Positions 18,940 to 28,835 are shown, counted from the first letter of the stretch. The stretch is DNA of 39,736 nucleotides from Limisphaerales bacterium (GCA_044225505.1 JBGAIN010000067.1:1-39736); one strand, 5' to 3'. Notes: generated by a model not told the origin, from the letters alone. Translations and numbers: made by a program.

Positions 18940-19869
18940 CTATAAACACCGGCCATAGACGGCCGATTCCAGCGCTCGCCGCATTTCTTCTACAGGCCCA
19001 GGTCGACCCGTCCAAATCTCCAGCGCTCTGACGCCTTGATAAAGGAGCATTCCTAACCCGTTTGCAATCCGGCAGCCAGCCGCTTTGGCTCGCTGCAGAA
19101 GCTCCGTCTCCGCCGGTCGGTAGATCATGTCATAGACCGCACTGGCTTTCGCGAGGGTCCATTGCCTTGGATCGAAGGGCAGGGGATCTTCTTTCTTCAA
19201 ACCGGCTGAGGTCCCATTGAGAATGAAGTCCACCGCCTTCAAAGGGTATCCCACCGTGACTCGAGTTTCGGGATAACGAAGTCGGATCTGGCCTGCAACC
19301 GCTTCGGCCTTGGACGGCGTCCGATTGACCAGGTAAAGTTCACGCGCACCTTCTTCGGCCAATCGCAGGGCCGCTACCGATCCGGCGCCCCCTGCCCCCA
19401 GGACCAAGATAGACGCGCCGCGTGGCTCGACTTGCAGATCTTCCCGCAGCGAACGAATGACGGCGTCTGCATCGGTGTTGAAGCCCACGCTGCGAAGTTC
19501 CTCGGCCTGACCCGGATCGACAGCGCCGAGCGGCTGCCAGATTCCGCCGACACGACGGGCGTCCCAGCGTATGGTGTTGATCGCACCGTATTTGCGAGCC
19601 GATTCATCCAATTCATCGACCATGTCCAGAGCCAAGAGCTTATGCGGAACGGTCAGATTGAGGCCGATGAATTTCATGGCTCGTGCTCCCTGGATCGCTT
19701 GGCGTAGGTCGTTGGGATGGACATCGAACGCCAGATATCGCCAGTTCAAGCCTAGGGTGGTGATCCCGGCGTTCTGCATGGCGGGTGATGCCGAGTGATT
19801 GACGGGATGGCCATAAACCGCGCAATAGCGGGTGCTTGCGTCGATCGCGGTGTTGGGTAGCTCGGACAC
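18940..19869 (-). CDS. aroE: Shikimate dehydrogenase
   Basis: GHPVNHSASP, GLNLTVPHK, GAINTI, GFNTD, LGAGGAG, NRT, DMIYRP, GLGMLLYQG. Confidence 0.95.
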   Translation of the reverse strand: MSELPNTAIDASTRYCAVYGHPVNHSASPAMQNAGITTLGLNWRYLAFDVHPNDLRQAIQGARAMKFIGLNLTVPHKLLALDMVDELDESARKYGAINTIRWDARRVGGIWQPLGAVDPGQAEELRSVGFNTDADAVIRSLREDLQVEPRGASILVLGAGGAGSVAALRLAEEGARELYLVNRTPSKAEAVAGQIRLRYPETRVTVGYPLKAVDFILNGTSAGLKKEDPLPFDPRQWTLAKASAVYDMIYRPAETELLQRAKAAGCRIANGLGMLLYQGVRALEIWTGRPGPVEEMRRALESAVYGRCL

Positions 19870-20108
19870 GGGCTGGTTATAGGTGAGGTTGGGCGAAACT
19901 TCAAATGCGATTCAACACGAGTGCATGAGCAGTTTTGTGGATCTGTTGTCCGAGTTTTTTCCACGACGGAATCGGGAACACTCTTGCAGCGTGGCTCGAC
20001 CTGGCTCAGAACTGCGCCGTTTGGTCTACCCCCATCCGGTCGTCGAGTGTTAACAGTTGACGGCGTGGGGCCGATTCATAAGCTTGTCCCTATCCAGGAC
20101 CTAGAATT

Positions 20109-22118
20109 ATGAGCCAAACCAGCAAGCCCAGCGACTCCGGAATTACGTCGGTGTTGCACGAGACGCGTGTGTTCCCTCCGCCCGAAACGTTTGCCGCCGC
20201 GGCCCGAATTCGATCGTTGGAGGATTATCAACGATTGTACAAAGAATCGATTGAGCATCCGGACGCGTTTTGGGCAAAACAGGCGGGTGAGCTGGTGTGG
20301 TTTAAACCTTGGACGGAGGTTTTGCAGTGGAACGAACCCTTTGCCAAGTGGTTTGTGGGGGGCCAGCTCAACGTCAGCTATAACTGCCTGGACCGGCATT
20401 TGAGTACACCTACGGCGAACAAAGCGGCTTTGATCTGGGAAGGCGAGCCCGCGGGCGGAGGTCGGCCTGGCGAGGAGCGGACGATGACCTACCGCCAACT
20501 GCACCGCGAAGTGTGCCAATTCGCCAACGTCCTCAAACGGAATGGGATCAAGCGTGGGGATCGAGTGATCATTTACTTGCCGATGGTGCCAGAAGCAGCG
20601 GTGGCGATGCTGGCTTGCACGCGTGTGGGCGCGGTCCATTCGGTGGTCTTTGGTGGTTTTAGTGCGCAGTCTGTCGCGGATCGCATCTTTGATTCACAAG
20701 CGAAGATGGTCATTACGGCCGACGGTGGATTTCGGCGTGGGGCCATCGTGCAATTGAAGAAGAACGTCGATGAAGCGTTGCATTTGAAAGATCCTCACGG
20801 CGCCTTGTTAGCGAAGACGATCGAAAAGGTCGTCGTCCTCCGGCGTGCCAACAATGAGATTCATATCCAGGAAGGCCGGGATGTGTGGTGGCATCGCGAG
20901 CTCGATTACGTGACGGCCGATTGTCCGGCGGAGCCAATGGACAGCGAGGATCCGCTTTTCATTCTTTACACGAGTGGGTCGACCGGGAAACCCAAAGGGA
21001 TTCTACATACCACGGGTGGATACCTCCTGGGCGCCAAAATGACGACGCAATACGTGTTTGATCTTCGCGAGACCGATGTCTACTGGTGCACTGCGGATGT
21101 GGGTTGGGTTACCGGCCATAGCTACGTCGTGTACGGTCCTCTGGCCAACGGCGCGACTAGCCTCATGTATGAGGGTGCGCCCAACTTTCCGGAGCCCGAC
21201 CGATTTTGGCGAATCGTCGAGAAGTATGGAGTCAGCATTCTTTACACGGCCCCGACGGCCATCCGGGCGTTCATGAAATGGGGCACTGAATGGCCCGCCA
21301 AGCACAACTTGAGTTCGCTGCGTCTGCTTGGGACGGTCGGAGAACCGATCAACCCCGAAGCTTGGATCTGGTATCACGAAGTCATTGGCGGCAAACGCTG
21401 TCCAATTGTCGATACGTGGTGGCAGACTGAAACTGGCGCTATCATGATCACTCCGCTGCCCGGGGCTATTCCAGCGAAACCCGGATCAGCGACACTTCCA
21501 TTCTTCGGGATCGTTCCTGAGGTTGTCGATGACCAAGGCCAGCTCGTGCCCGCGGATACTGGCGGCAAGCTGGTCGTGCGTCGGCCTTGGCCGAGCATGC
21601 TTCGAGGACTTTGGGGAGATCCTCAGCGCTACAAGGATGTGTACTGGAGCGAAGTGAAGGGATCCTATTTCACGGGCGACGGATGTCGCACGGACCCAGA
21701 CGGTTACTTCTGGATCGTCGGCCGCATTGATGATGTCTTGAACGTCGCGGGTCATCGGATCGGTACGGCCGAGGTCGAGAGTGCGATTGTTAGCAATCTG
21801 AAAGTGGCGGAGGCCGCGGTCGTAGGTCGTGCCGACGATCTCAAGGGGCAGGCCCTGGTGGCGTTCGTGACGCTCAAATCGGGGGTTAAGGCGGATCCGG
21901 CGCTGCGCGAGGAGATCCGGGCGCACGTCGCCAAGGAGATTGGGCCAGTGGCCAAGCCGGACGATATCCGCTTTGCCGAGGCTCTGCCCAAAACACGTTC
22001 TGGAAAGATTATGCGGCGATTGCTCAAACAGATCGCCTCCGGAGCTGAGATTCGCGGAGACACCACCACCTTGGAAGACTTCAGCGTTCTCAGTCGATTA
22101 GGTAAAACCGACGAGTAG
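20109..22118 (+). CDS. acs: Acetyl-CoA synthetase (AMP-forming)
   Basis: [59 protein letters not shown]. Confidence 0.97.
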   Translation: MSQTSKPSDSGITSVLHETRVFPPPETFAAAARIRSLEDYQRLYKESIEHPDAFWAKQAGELVWFKPWTEVLQWNEPFAKWFVGGQLNVSYNCLDRHLSTPTANKAALIWEGEPAGGGRPGEERTMTYRQLHREVCQFANVLKRNGIKRGDRVIIYLPMVPEAAVAMLACTRVGAVHSVVFGGFSAQSVADRIFDSQAKMVITADGGFRRGAIVQLKKNVDEALHLKDPHGALLAKTIEKVVVLRRANNEIHIQEGRDVWWHRELDYVTADCPAEPMDSEDPLFILYTSGSTGKPKGILHTTGGYLLGAKMTTQYVFDLRETDVYWCTADVGWVTGHSYVVYGPLANGATSLMYEGAPNFPEPDRFWRIVEKYGVSILYTAPTAIRAFMKWGTEWPAKHNLSSLRLLGTVGEPINPEAWIWYHEVIGGKRCPIVDTWWQTETGAIMITPLPGAIPAKPGSATLPFFGIVPEVVDDQGQLVPADTGGKLVVRRPWPSMLRGLWGDPQRYKDVYWSEVKGSYFTGDGCRTDPDGYFWIVGRIDDVLNVAGHRIGTAEVESAIVSNLKVAEAAVVGRADDLKGQALVAFVTLKSGVKADPALREEIRAHVAKEIGPVAKPDDIRFAEALPKTRSGKIMRRLLKQIASGAEIRGDTTTLEDFSVLSRLGKTDE

Positions 22119-22132
22119 GCACCCACTGGAGA

Positions 22133-22160
22133 GAGCGGCCGTCTCTCGGGAGACCCGCTC
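22133..22160. terminator. Hairpin between convergent acs and the Gly-rich gene
   Basis: GAGCGG..GTCTC-TCGG-GAGAC-CCGCTC stem-loop; no clear U tract. Confidence 0.4.
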
Positions 22161-24077
22161 CTATTCCTTGTAAAGCCGGAAGTACTGGGCGGCGTTCGAA
22201 CCTCGCAGACTGAGCGTTCTGACTCCGTTCGCAGACGTCGGCACATTCGTCACGGCCGTCCAATTCCCTGGGGTTAAGCTCGTCGCGGATTGCAGGGCGA
22301 ACTGACCAGCTGCGGGAAACGTAATCACGACTTGGTCTCCAACGTAGCGGGACTGGATGGTAGGAAGCCCAAAGACTCCGTTTGATTCATAAGCGCCAAT
22401 GTCGTATGGCTCAGTGCGAGTGGCGTTGCGTTGGTCAAACGAGGGGCTTCCGTTCCCGTCCGTCACGGTGATGGCGTTAATCGCTGGGCTATTTGTGGAA
22501 AGTGTCAATCCCGGGACGACACCGCTGGTAACCAGTGATCCAAGCCGCGGATCGATCCCATTTTGGCTGCCGACAGCATAGAAGCTAGGTGTAGAATCTG
22601 AGCTCAGATTGAATCCTTCATCGAGAACAACTCCGCCCGCATTCCCCCCTGATGTGCTGTAAGCGAGAAGCGAGTTCTTTAGGTGAACGGTCCCTCCCGC
22701 ATTGAATAGCGCTGCTCCGACCGCGGTGCCTCGATCGCCGTTGTCTCCGTCACTTCCGAGACCGCTGCCCGGCCCGCCGATTCCCCCAGCGGCAGCCAGT
22801 GCCGTATTATCCGAGAACGTGCAATTCACAACCCAAGTGGACGATCCGCTCCCGGAATATAGTCCAGCCCCCATCGCGGCGCCTCCGGTTCCTCCGTCTC
22901 CGCCTGCCCCTGCCAACCCCGTCGGACCTCCGGTTCCGCCAACCCCGCCGGTTCCACCCACGGCCGAATTCGCCACCCATGCGCAGTTCGTCAAGGAGAG
23001 GTTTCCGCCCGCGTTAAAGACCGCGCCAAAGGCGACGCCACCCTCACTGCCATCTTGCGCCTGGAGAAAGCCGCTTCCGCCATATCCTTGTTTGCCTGCG
23101 CCGCCGGTTTCGACGTTGCGGATGAACGTCGAGTTGACGATCACCATCTCGCCGTTGTCGTTGTAGATAGCCCCGCCCACGCCCCCACCGCTTTGTCCAG
23201 GGTTACCTGGAGTTCCCAGAATTCCTCCGGCCGCGCCACCGACTCCGGCCGAACTACCGGTGACTTGATTACTGGCGAAGACGCTGCTGTAAATCTTGGC
23301 GATCCCATTACCAGTGTTAAGAATGGCGCCGCCCACTCCGTGGCCCGCGTTGCCACCTCGACCCCCTGCCATTCCATTTCCCCCCGTCCCGCCGCTTCCG
23401 CCAATCCCTCCTGCGCCCCCGACTGCCGAGTTCTGTGAAAAAGTCGAGTTGGTAACCATGAGCCAACCGGCGTTGTTATAGATCGCACCGCCACGGCCAT
23501 TCCCGCCGTCGCCGCCCTTAATCCCGGCACGAACCGCATCGGCTCCCGTTCCGCCCGTAACCGTATGACTCGTCAGAGTGCAACCGATCAACTCCACGGA
23601 GCCGCCATCGTTGAAAATGGCGGCGCCGAAGGCCGCCTCTCCAGCCCCACCTTTGGAACCGGCGCCGCCAACAAACCGCCCACCCGTCAATGTCAGATTG
23701 CGCAAAGTTAACTTGCCGCCGGGTTGGACCCAAAAGAGATTGGGAAGGTTGGTAGCGCTCCCGCTCAAGATGGCGCTATGACCAGTGCCGTCCAGGACGA
23801 CTTCTTTGACAATCAGCAACGAACTCGTCAAGGGGATCGTGCCATCGCAACTTAACACCACGGTCCCGCCGCCAGCCATGGCGGACTGCAGTGCTGTTTC
23901 CGTGCAGTTTGTTATGATACCGCTGCCGTGGACCCCAGGGAACAGACTCAATCCGAAACAGGCCACCCAACCGAGTGGCGTTCCCACCACGAGGAGCTTG
24001 CGATTCGGGAAATACCTAGCCGTGTGGCGACCCAACTCGGCGATCAACAGAAGGAGGTTTCGAATTACCGGTTTCAT
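22161..24077 (-). CDS. Gly-rich beta-helix-like surface protein with a choice-of-anchor Q domain and a C-terminal module
   Basis: Repeated GGAIYN...N(S/C)TF..N.A.GG units. DPRLGSL...SPAINA...DQR...R...YDIGAYE matches the choice-of-anchor Q pattern. Start uncertain. Confidence 0.8.
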   Translation of the reverse strand: MKPVIRNLLLLIAELGRHTARYFPNRKLLVVGTPLGWVACFGLSLFPGVHGSGIITNCTETALQSAMAGGGTVVLSCDGTIPLTSSLLIVKEVVLDGTGHSAILSGSATNLPNLFWVQPGGKLTLRNLTLTGGRFVGGAGSKGGAGEAAFGAAIFNDGGSVELIGCTLTSHTVTGGTGADAVRAGIKGGDGGNGRGGAIYNNAGWLMVTNSTFSQNSAVGGAGGIGGSGGTGGNGMAGGRGGNAGHGVGGAILNTGNGIAKIYSSVFASNQVTGSSAGVGGAAGGILGTPGNPGQSGGGVGGAIYNDNGEMVIVNSTFIRNVETGGAGKQGYGGSGFLQAQDGSEGGVAFGAVFNAGGNLSLTNCAWVANSAVGGTGGVGGTGGPTGLAGAGGDGGTGGAAMGAGLYSGSGSSTWVVNCTFSDNTALAAAGGIGGPGSGLGSDGDNGDRGTAVGAALFNAGGTVHLKNSLLAYSTSGGNAGGVVLDEGFNLSSDSTPSFYAVGSQNGIDPRLGSLVTSGVVPGLTLSTNSPAINAITVTDGNGSPSFDQRNATRTEPYDIGAYESNGVFGLPTIQSRYVGDQVVITFPAAGQFALQSATSLTPGNWTAVTNVPTSANGVRTLSLRGSNAAQYFRLYKE

Positions 24078-24144
24078 GACGAGACAGACCCATCCAGAGC
24101 CGCGGACGGGCACACGGTTGTATCATCCCTGTCAGCCAAACACG

Positions 24145-24912
24145 TTACTCGGGTAACCCGGGCGTCGGGGGAAAGGTCACATTGGGGTTAGCCCTTTTCT
24201 GTAATTCCATTAACAGAACATCTTGCACGGCGGCGTTGGGATCCGGACGGGCGGCCCCTTGGTTCGGTTCGAAGCCGGCGTTCACGTTCACGGTCGGAGT
24301 TCGCACATTGCGCGACGGTATAGTGCGCATACGACCTCCCGCGGGATTCAGCGTTGCCGTCGATGTTCCAGGAGCGCCAGCGTTGACCTGGGCGACCGGA
24401 GGCGATCCTCCTGGAGGACCTCCACCTCCTGGTAAGGCGGGCGGAGCACCTGCGGGAGCACTTCCAGGGGCGCCCGGGGCAGGCGTCGCTGGGCCAGCAG
24501 GGGGTTTGACTCCGTTCGAGGCAAAGGTCATGACACTTTCGACCCCTGCGTTACGGACCTTCACGCTTCGCGCGGACGTGTCGATCTGGATGACTTCCAA
24601 GCCGTTCTTTTTCTCGTCGACTCCCAGGCTATAGTATTCCGGAGGCTTGCCTTGGGGCGCCTTACTCATGAAATAGGCACGCAACCCGCCGATCGACGTA
24701 ATGCCTGTCAGGAGAATTTCATCTTTGATCGTAGCGACGACTGGAGCATTTGTGACCGGCGGAGGGGCTGGTTTTAACCCAAAGGGGTTCCGATCGATAA
24801 TCACGCGATAATTACGATCCTCTGCCCCGATCTCGGTGTTGAGGGCGAACACGTTAGGCGATAAAGCCAACGTCGCCAGGCTGATCCATGGCGCTGCGAA
24901 GCTCCTGAACAT
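24145..24912 (-). CDS. Exported Pro-rich hypothetical protein with a GspC/PilP-like domain
   Basis: N-terminal hydrophobic signal, YRVIIDRNPF, then LLTGI...AYF...YSLGVDE..NGLEVIQID...VKV, then a long Pro/Gly/Ala linker. Confidence 0.6.
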   Translation of the reverse strand: MFRSFAAPWISLATLALSPNVFALNTEIGAEDRNYRVIIDRNPFGLKPAPPPVTNAPVVATIKDEILLTGITSIGGLRAYFMSKAPQGKPPEYYSLGVDEKKNGLEVIQIDTSARSVKVRNAGVESVMTFASNGVKPPAGPATPAPGAPGSAPAGAPPALPGGGGPPGGSPPVAQVNAGAPGTSTATLNPAGGRMRTIPSRNVRTPTVNVNAGFEPNQGAARPDPNAAVQDVLLMELQKRANPNVTFPPTPGLPE

Positions 24913-24918
24913 GGCCGC

Positions 24919-24924
24919 ATTATA
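24919..24924 (-). promoter_or_regulatory. -10 box of a putative leaderless transcript
   Basis: Perfect TATAAT 6 nt upstream of ATG 24912, with no room for a Shine-Dalgarno. Confidence 0.55.
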
Positions 24925-25125
24925 TCGCACAGTGAATCCTAACACCACTCCCGCGTTTTGGTTGCTGGCTTTCGTTGAGGGCACGACCACCGCGCCCGTT
25001 TCGAAAATCTTTGAGCGAAAGGCCGAGGAGGCTGTTGAGCCCGCTCGGCCTATGTTCCGAAAGCGATCGCTTTCCGTGGTTTGGCGACGAGCGTTTCGAT
25101 CGCCAAACGACCATGCCAGGCAGTT

Positions 25126-26151
25126 TTAATAGGCAGCCTGAACGCCTTTGATCGATCGCTTCTGCATCCACGGCATCATCGAGCGCAATCGAGCTCCGAC
25201 CTTCTCGATGGAGTGCTTCTCTCCCTGCTTGAGCAAAGCTCGGTATTTAGGATAGCCCGACTGGTATTCTTTCACCCAGCCCTTGGCGAACTTGCCCGTT
25301 TGAATGTCTTTCAGGGCTTGTTTCATCCGTTTCTTGACGCTCGCATCGATAATTTTCGGGCCTACCGAGACGTCTCCCCACTTCGCGGTCTCTGAAATCG
25401 AAAAGCGCATGCCGCTGACGCCCGCTTCATTCATCAGGTCCACAATCAACTTGAGCTCGTGGAGGCATTCGAAATAGGCCATCTCCGGTTGATACCCAGC
25501 CTCCACCAGCGTCTCGTAACCTGCAACGACCAGCGCGCTCAATCCGCCACACAGGACGGTTTGTTCGCCAAACAAGTCTGTTTCAGTTTCTTCTTGGAAC
25601 GACGTTTCGATGATGCCCGCTCGCGCGGCGCCGATGCCCTTGGCCCAGGCCAAAGCCACTTTCTTCGCTTGTCGACTTGGGTTTTGATACACAGCAATCA
25701 GCGCGGGCACGCCTTTCCCTTCGGTGAACTGGCGTCGGACGATATGCCCGGGACCTTTCGGCGCCACCAGGATGACATCGACGTCTTTCGGGGGCACCAC
25801 GGTCTTGAAGTGAATGGAAAACCCGTGCGAAAACAACAACGTCTTGCCTTTGCTCAGGTTCGGGGCGATGTCTTTGAGATACGCCGCTTCCTGCTTGGTG
25901 TCGGGAAGCGCGACAAAAATGACATCCGCTCGTCGGACCGCTTCCGCGGTCGGAAAGACCTCAAACCCGCGTTCCTTGGCGACAGGCACCGATTTGCTGC
26001 CTTCGTACAAGCCAATGATGACTTTGAGTCCACTTTCTTTCAGGTTGAGCGCGTGGGCGTGACCTTGCGAGCCGAAGCCAAGAACGGCCAGGGTTTTGCC
26101 TTTCAGGACGTTCAGGTCAGCATCTTTTTCGGTATAGACTTTTGCAGGCAT
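25126..26151 (-). CDS. ilvC: Ketol-acid reductoisomerase
   Basis: [57 protein letters not shown]. Confidence 0.98.
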   Translation of the reverse strand: MPAKVYTEKDADLNVLKGKTLAVLGFGSQGHAHALNLKESGLKVIIGLYEGSKSVPVAKERGFEVFPTAEAVRRADVIFVALPDTKQEAAYLKDIAPNLSKGKTLLFSHGFSIHFKTVVPPKDVDVILVAPKGPGHIVRRQFTEGKGVPALIAVYQNPSRQAKKVALAWAKGIGAARAGIIETSFQEETETDLFGEQTVLCGGLSALVVAGYETLVEAGYQPEMAYFECLHELKLIVDLMNEAGVSGMRFSISETAKWGDVSVGPKIIDASVKKRMKQALKDIQTGKFAKGWVKEYQSGYPKYRALLKQGEKHSIEKVGARLRSMMPWMQKRSIKGVQAAY

Positions 26152-26183
26152 GGGAGTGGGGGATTAGAACAGCGGTGATGAGT

Positions 26184-26657
26184 TTACTTTCGGGGCAGAG
26201 CGACTTTCCCGGTTCGAGTGAGATCTTCAATGCCAAACGGTCGGAACAAGTCGATGAGCTTTTCCACTTTGCTTTCATTGCCGGTGACTTCGACGGTCAA
26301 GGTGTCCGGTTGGACATCGACAATCTTGGCGCGGAAAATATCCGTGATCTGCATGACTTCCGCTCGCGTCTTGGAATCGACTCGGATCCGCACCAAGACC
26401 AGTTCGCGATCGATGTACTCGTGTTCGCGAAAGTCGGTAACCTCCAGGGCGTCGACCAGTTTGCTGATCTGTTTAACGATTTGCTCCATGGTGGCATCGT
26501 CCCCACGGGTTACGATGGTCATCCGTGAGGTGTTCGGGTCTTGGGTCGGAGCCACATTGAGCGTATCAATGTTAAACCCGCGCCCACTGAACAGTCCGGC
26601 CATGCGGGTAAGCACGCCGAACTTGTTTTCCACTAGGACGGATATGGTATGTCGCAT
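26184..26657 (-). CDS. ilvN: Acetolactate synthase small (regulatory) subunit
   Basis: MRHTISVLVENKFGVLTRMAGLFSGRGFNIDTL, RELVLV, FRAKIVDV, RTGKVAL. Confidence 0.96.
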   Translation of the reverse strand: MRHTISVLVENKFGVLTRMAGLFSGRGFNIDTLNVAPTQDPNTSRMTIVTRGDDATMEQIVKQISKLVDALEVTDFREHEYIDRELVLVRIRVDSKTRAEVMQITDIFRAKIVDVQPDTLTVEVTGNESKVEKLIDLFRPFGIEDLTRTGKVALPRK

Positions 26658-26690
26658 ACGTTCTTTCCAAGCGGCCGTTTTCTATCGCCT

Positions 26691-26727
26691 AAAAATCAAA
26701 AACCCGCGTTCCAGTCGGAACTGCGGG
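26691..26727 (-). terminator. Attenuator terminator upstream of ilvN
   Basis: mRNA CCCGC-A-GUUCC-GACU-GGAAC-GCGGG followed by UUUUUGAUUUUU. Confidence 0.85.
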
Positions 26728-26764
26728 CGGCCAGCAAGCGTTTGAGCCAAAGCCTTGGGCCGCG

Positions 26765-26818
26765 TCAGTCGCGAACGACTACGACGCAAACCAGATCAGC
26801 ATTGGCTAGGCGATTCAT
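26765..26818 (-). CDS. ilv attenuator leader peptide MNRLANADLVCVVVVRD (17 aa)
   Basis: ATG AAT CGC CTA GCC AAT GCT GAT CTG GTT TGC GTC GTA GTC GTT CGC GAC TGA: 5 Val and 2 Leu codons, just upstream of the antiterminator/terminator and ilvN. Too short for the ORF track. Confidence 0.85.
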   Translation of the reverse strand: MNRLANADLVCVVVVRD

Positions 26819-26827
26819 GCGCCCGGG

Positions 26828-26857
26828 AAGGTATCAGCGACGCCGTTGCAGCGTCAA
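26828..26857 (-). promoter_or_regulatory. sigma70 promoter of the ilv leader
   Basis: TTGACG-N18-TACCTT with an extended -10 TG, 9 nt before the leader ATG. Confidence 0.6.
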
Positions 26858-26879
26858 CGAAATTCCTGAATCTTTTCGC

Positions 26880-27701
26880 TCAAAAAAATGGGTTGTTTCC
26901 CTTCTCAATCTCCACCGTGGTAACCGGCCCGTGGCCCGGACAGATCAGGGTCGACCCAGGCAACGAAAAGATCTGCTCTCGGATCTTTTGCTTGGCAAGT
27001 GGCGCCAACTCCTTCGCCCCACCCATCGAGCCGGCGAAGATGGCGTCGCCGACAATGGCCACATTCGGGGCGTCATCTGGCCAATTACCCACGACATACG
27101 TCACCCCGTCCTCGGCGTGGCCAGGCGTGTCGCGATTGGTAATGCGCAAGCTGCCCAAGTGCAGAAAGTCGTTCGCGCGATTCCGCTGATCGGGAGGAGC
27201 GCTCTTGGTGCTCGAATGCAGTTTCACCTTCGGGAACTTTTCCCGCAACGGGCTTAATGCGGCAATATGATCGTGGTGCGTGTGAGTGACGAATAAATGA
27301 CGCAATTGCAATTGCTCGCGCTCGATCCATTCCAAAATGGGCGCCGCATCAAACCCCGTGTCAAATAAAGCCGCCTCCCGGGTCACTTCGTCCCAGATTA
27401 GAAAACAGTTCACGCTCATGCCGGAGCCTTGCGTGGTGATCTGCCGCAACTCACGCCAGGTCCCCAAGTCGATCGCTGGTGGCAGCCAGCCTTGCGCTAC
27501 CTGTCGCATCTTGGCACCGTCCAGACCCAACAGCCGTCCCGTCGCCTCAAAGTCGGGTTTGCCATCGCATTTTCCCGAATCCTCCAAGGCAGTCAGTTGA
27601 CTCGGCGTCAAGCCGGCCGCACGCGCGACCACTTCCGGAGCAAGATTGGCGGACATCCGAGCCTTACGAATGATATCGCCTACGGTATCTTCGAGCGTCA
27701 T
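26880..27701 (-). CDS. MBL-fold metallo-hydrolase with an N-terminal HTH-like domain
   Basis: FDTG, THTHHDH (HxHxDH), TPGH, VGDAIFAGS, PGHG. N-terminus GDIIRKAR...VARAAGL...QLTALE resembles an XRE HTH. Confidence 0.85.
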   Translation of the reverse strand: MTLEDTVGDIIRKARMSANLAPEVVARAAGLTPSQLTALEDSGKCDGKPDFEATGRLLGLDGAKMRQVAQGWLPPAIDLGTWRELRQITTQGSGMSVNCFLIWDEVTREAALFDTGFDAAPILEWIEREQLQLRHLFVTHTHHDHIAALSPLREKFPKVKLHSSTKSAPPDQRNRANDFLHLGSLRITNRDTPGHAEDGVTYVVGNWPDDAPNVAIVGDAIFAGSMGGAKELAPLAKQKIREQIFSLPGSTLICPGHGPVTTVEIEKGNNPFF

Positions 27702-27823
27702 ATCGGAAGGCTACTGAGGTGTGGCTCGCGGTGCAACTACGCAGGATGTCAATCGCTCCCGATTTTGGCCCGGTTCGATTGTCCGACCACAGCCAGCGCC
27801 CTCCCGGTCGGATCCAAACCCTT

Positions 27824-28753
27824 TTACCGCCGCGCTCCCGGGGGCGGGAAAAGAAATGTCAATGCGCGAACGGCCCGAAGCCGCCAGTAAAACTCGTTAT
27901 GTTGACTGGTCTCGGCCTCATGCCACTTCGACTGGGGTAATCCGGCTTGGGCCATCTCCTGTTGGCTCAGGATGTGATCATCAACGATATGCGTCAGGTT
28001 ATGGCCATCTTTCCAACCGATGCGCCGGAGTTCATCCGCGACGGCGGCGGTATGTTTGCGACCGTCATCTTCGCCGGAGTAATCGATCACACCGCTATCA
28101 AGATAAATACGGACCGGTTTGGGCAAGCCTTGGTACGATCGCAGATGGCGCACGAGAAAGCGCCGGCGTTCGACTTGAAACGCGCCAGATAGACTGGCGG
28201 CCTGCCCAAACGCGCTGGAATGTTCCCAGGCTAGGGCCAAGCTGCACAACCCTCCCATGGACGATCCCAGAACCCCCGTTGTTTGGGGACCGGGAAGAGT
28301 ACGGTATTCGCGATCTATCTTTGGTTTAAGCTCTTCGCGAAGAAAACGACTGTACCGTTGATACGCCGAATCATCCCTGGGCTTCGCCACACGGCGCTTG
28401 GCCACTGTGCCCTCTGTCCCAAGCACGTGCGTGGGGCCGCGATACTCCAGGTAGCGATCTTCGCTGCAATCAATCGCGACCAAAATAATCTCCTGCATCT
28501 GACGCCTGCTCGAGAGCTCATCGACGGTCCGGTCTAGTTGCCAATTCCCCCATCCATACGCGACCCAAGGTCCAGCAGAGGTGAAGGCGTTCTGGCCATC
28601 GTGCACATAGAGCACTGGGTAACGGCGCAGCGGTCCGGTGCCGTAGCTTGGCGGAAGGTAAATGTGGACCGTGCGGCCGGTTTTCAAGACCTGGGACGGA
28701 ACGGCGCCTTCGAACGCAATTCGACCTTGTAGCGGGATACTCGAACTACTCAC
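27824..28753 (-). CDS. Alpha/beta hydrolase, putative esterase family; start uncertain (GTG 28753 proposed)
   Basis: RTVHIYLPPSY, RYPVLYVHDGQN, ELKPKIDREYRT, GSSMGG nucleophile elbow, YLDSG, HNE..W. Confidence 0.85.
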   Translation of the reverse strand: MSSSSIPLQGRIAFEGAVPSQVLKTGRTVHIYLPPSYGTGPLRRYPVLYVHDGQNAFTSAGPWVAYGWGNWQLDRTVDELSSRRQMQEIILVAIDCSEDRYLEYRGPTHVLGTEGTVAKRRVAKPRDDSAYQRYSRFLREELKPKIDREYRTLPGPQTTGVLGSSMGGLCSLALAWEHSSAFGQAASLSGAFQVERRRFLVRHLRSYQGLPKPVRIYLDSGVIDYSGEDDGRKHTAAVADELRRIGWKDGHNLTHIVDDHILSQQEMAQAGLPQSKWHEAETSQHNEFYWRLRAVRALTFLFPPPGARR

Positions 28754-28835
28754 GCGGAGAAATAGTGATCCAGTTAAAGCCTTCGGGCCTGACGTTTTGC
28801 TGTAAATTGTTTCTTGGAACAGCCCTCTGCAATGG

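Noticed and set aside
22700..23700. GGC/GGN-rich repetitive DNA
   Set aside because: Explained by Gly-rich protein repeats; no exact repeat-spacer array, so not CRISPR or a VNTR.
25459..26178. 239-aa plus-strand ORF, and similar antisense ORFs over acs, panB, rhaA and the dioxygenase
   Set aside because: They mirror well-supported genes on the opposite strand.
26649..27257. 202-aa and 144-aa plus-strand ORFs across the ilv leader
   Set aside because: Antisense to the MBL gene and the attenuator, which account for the sequence.
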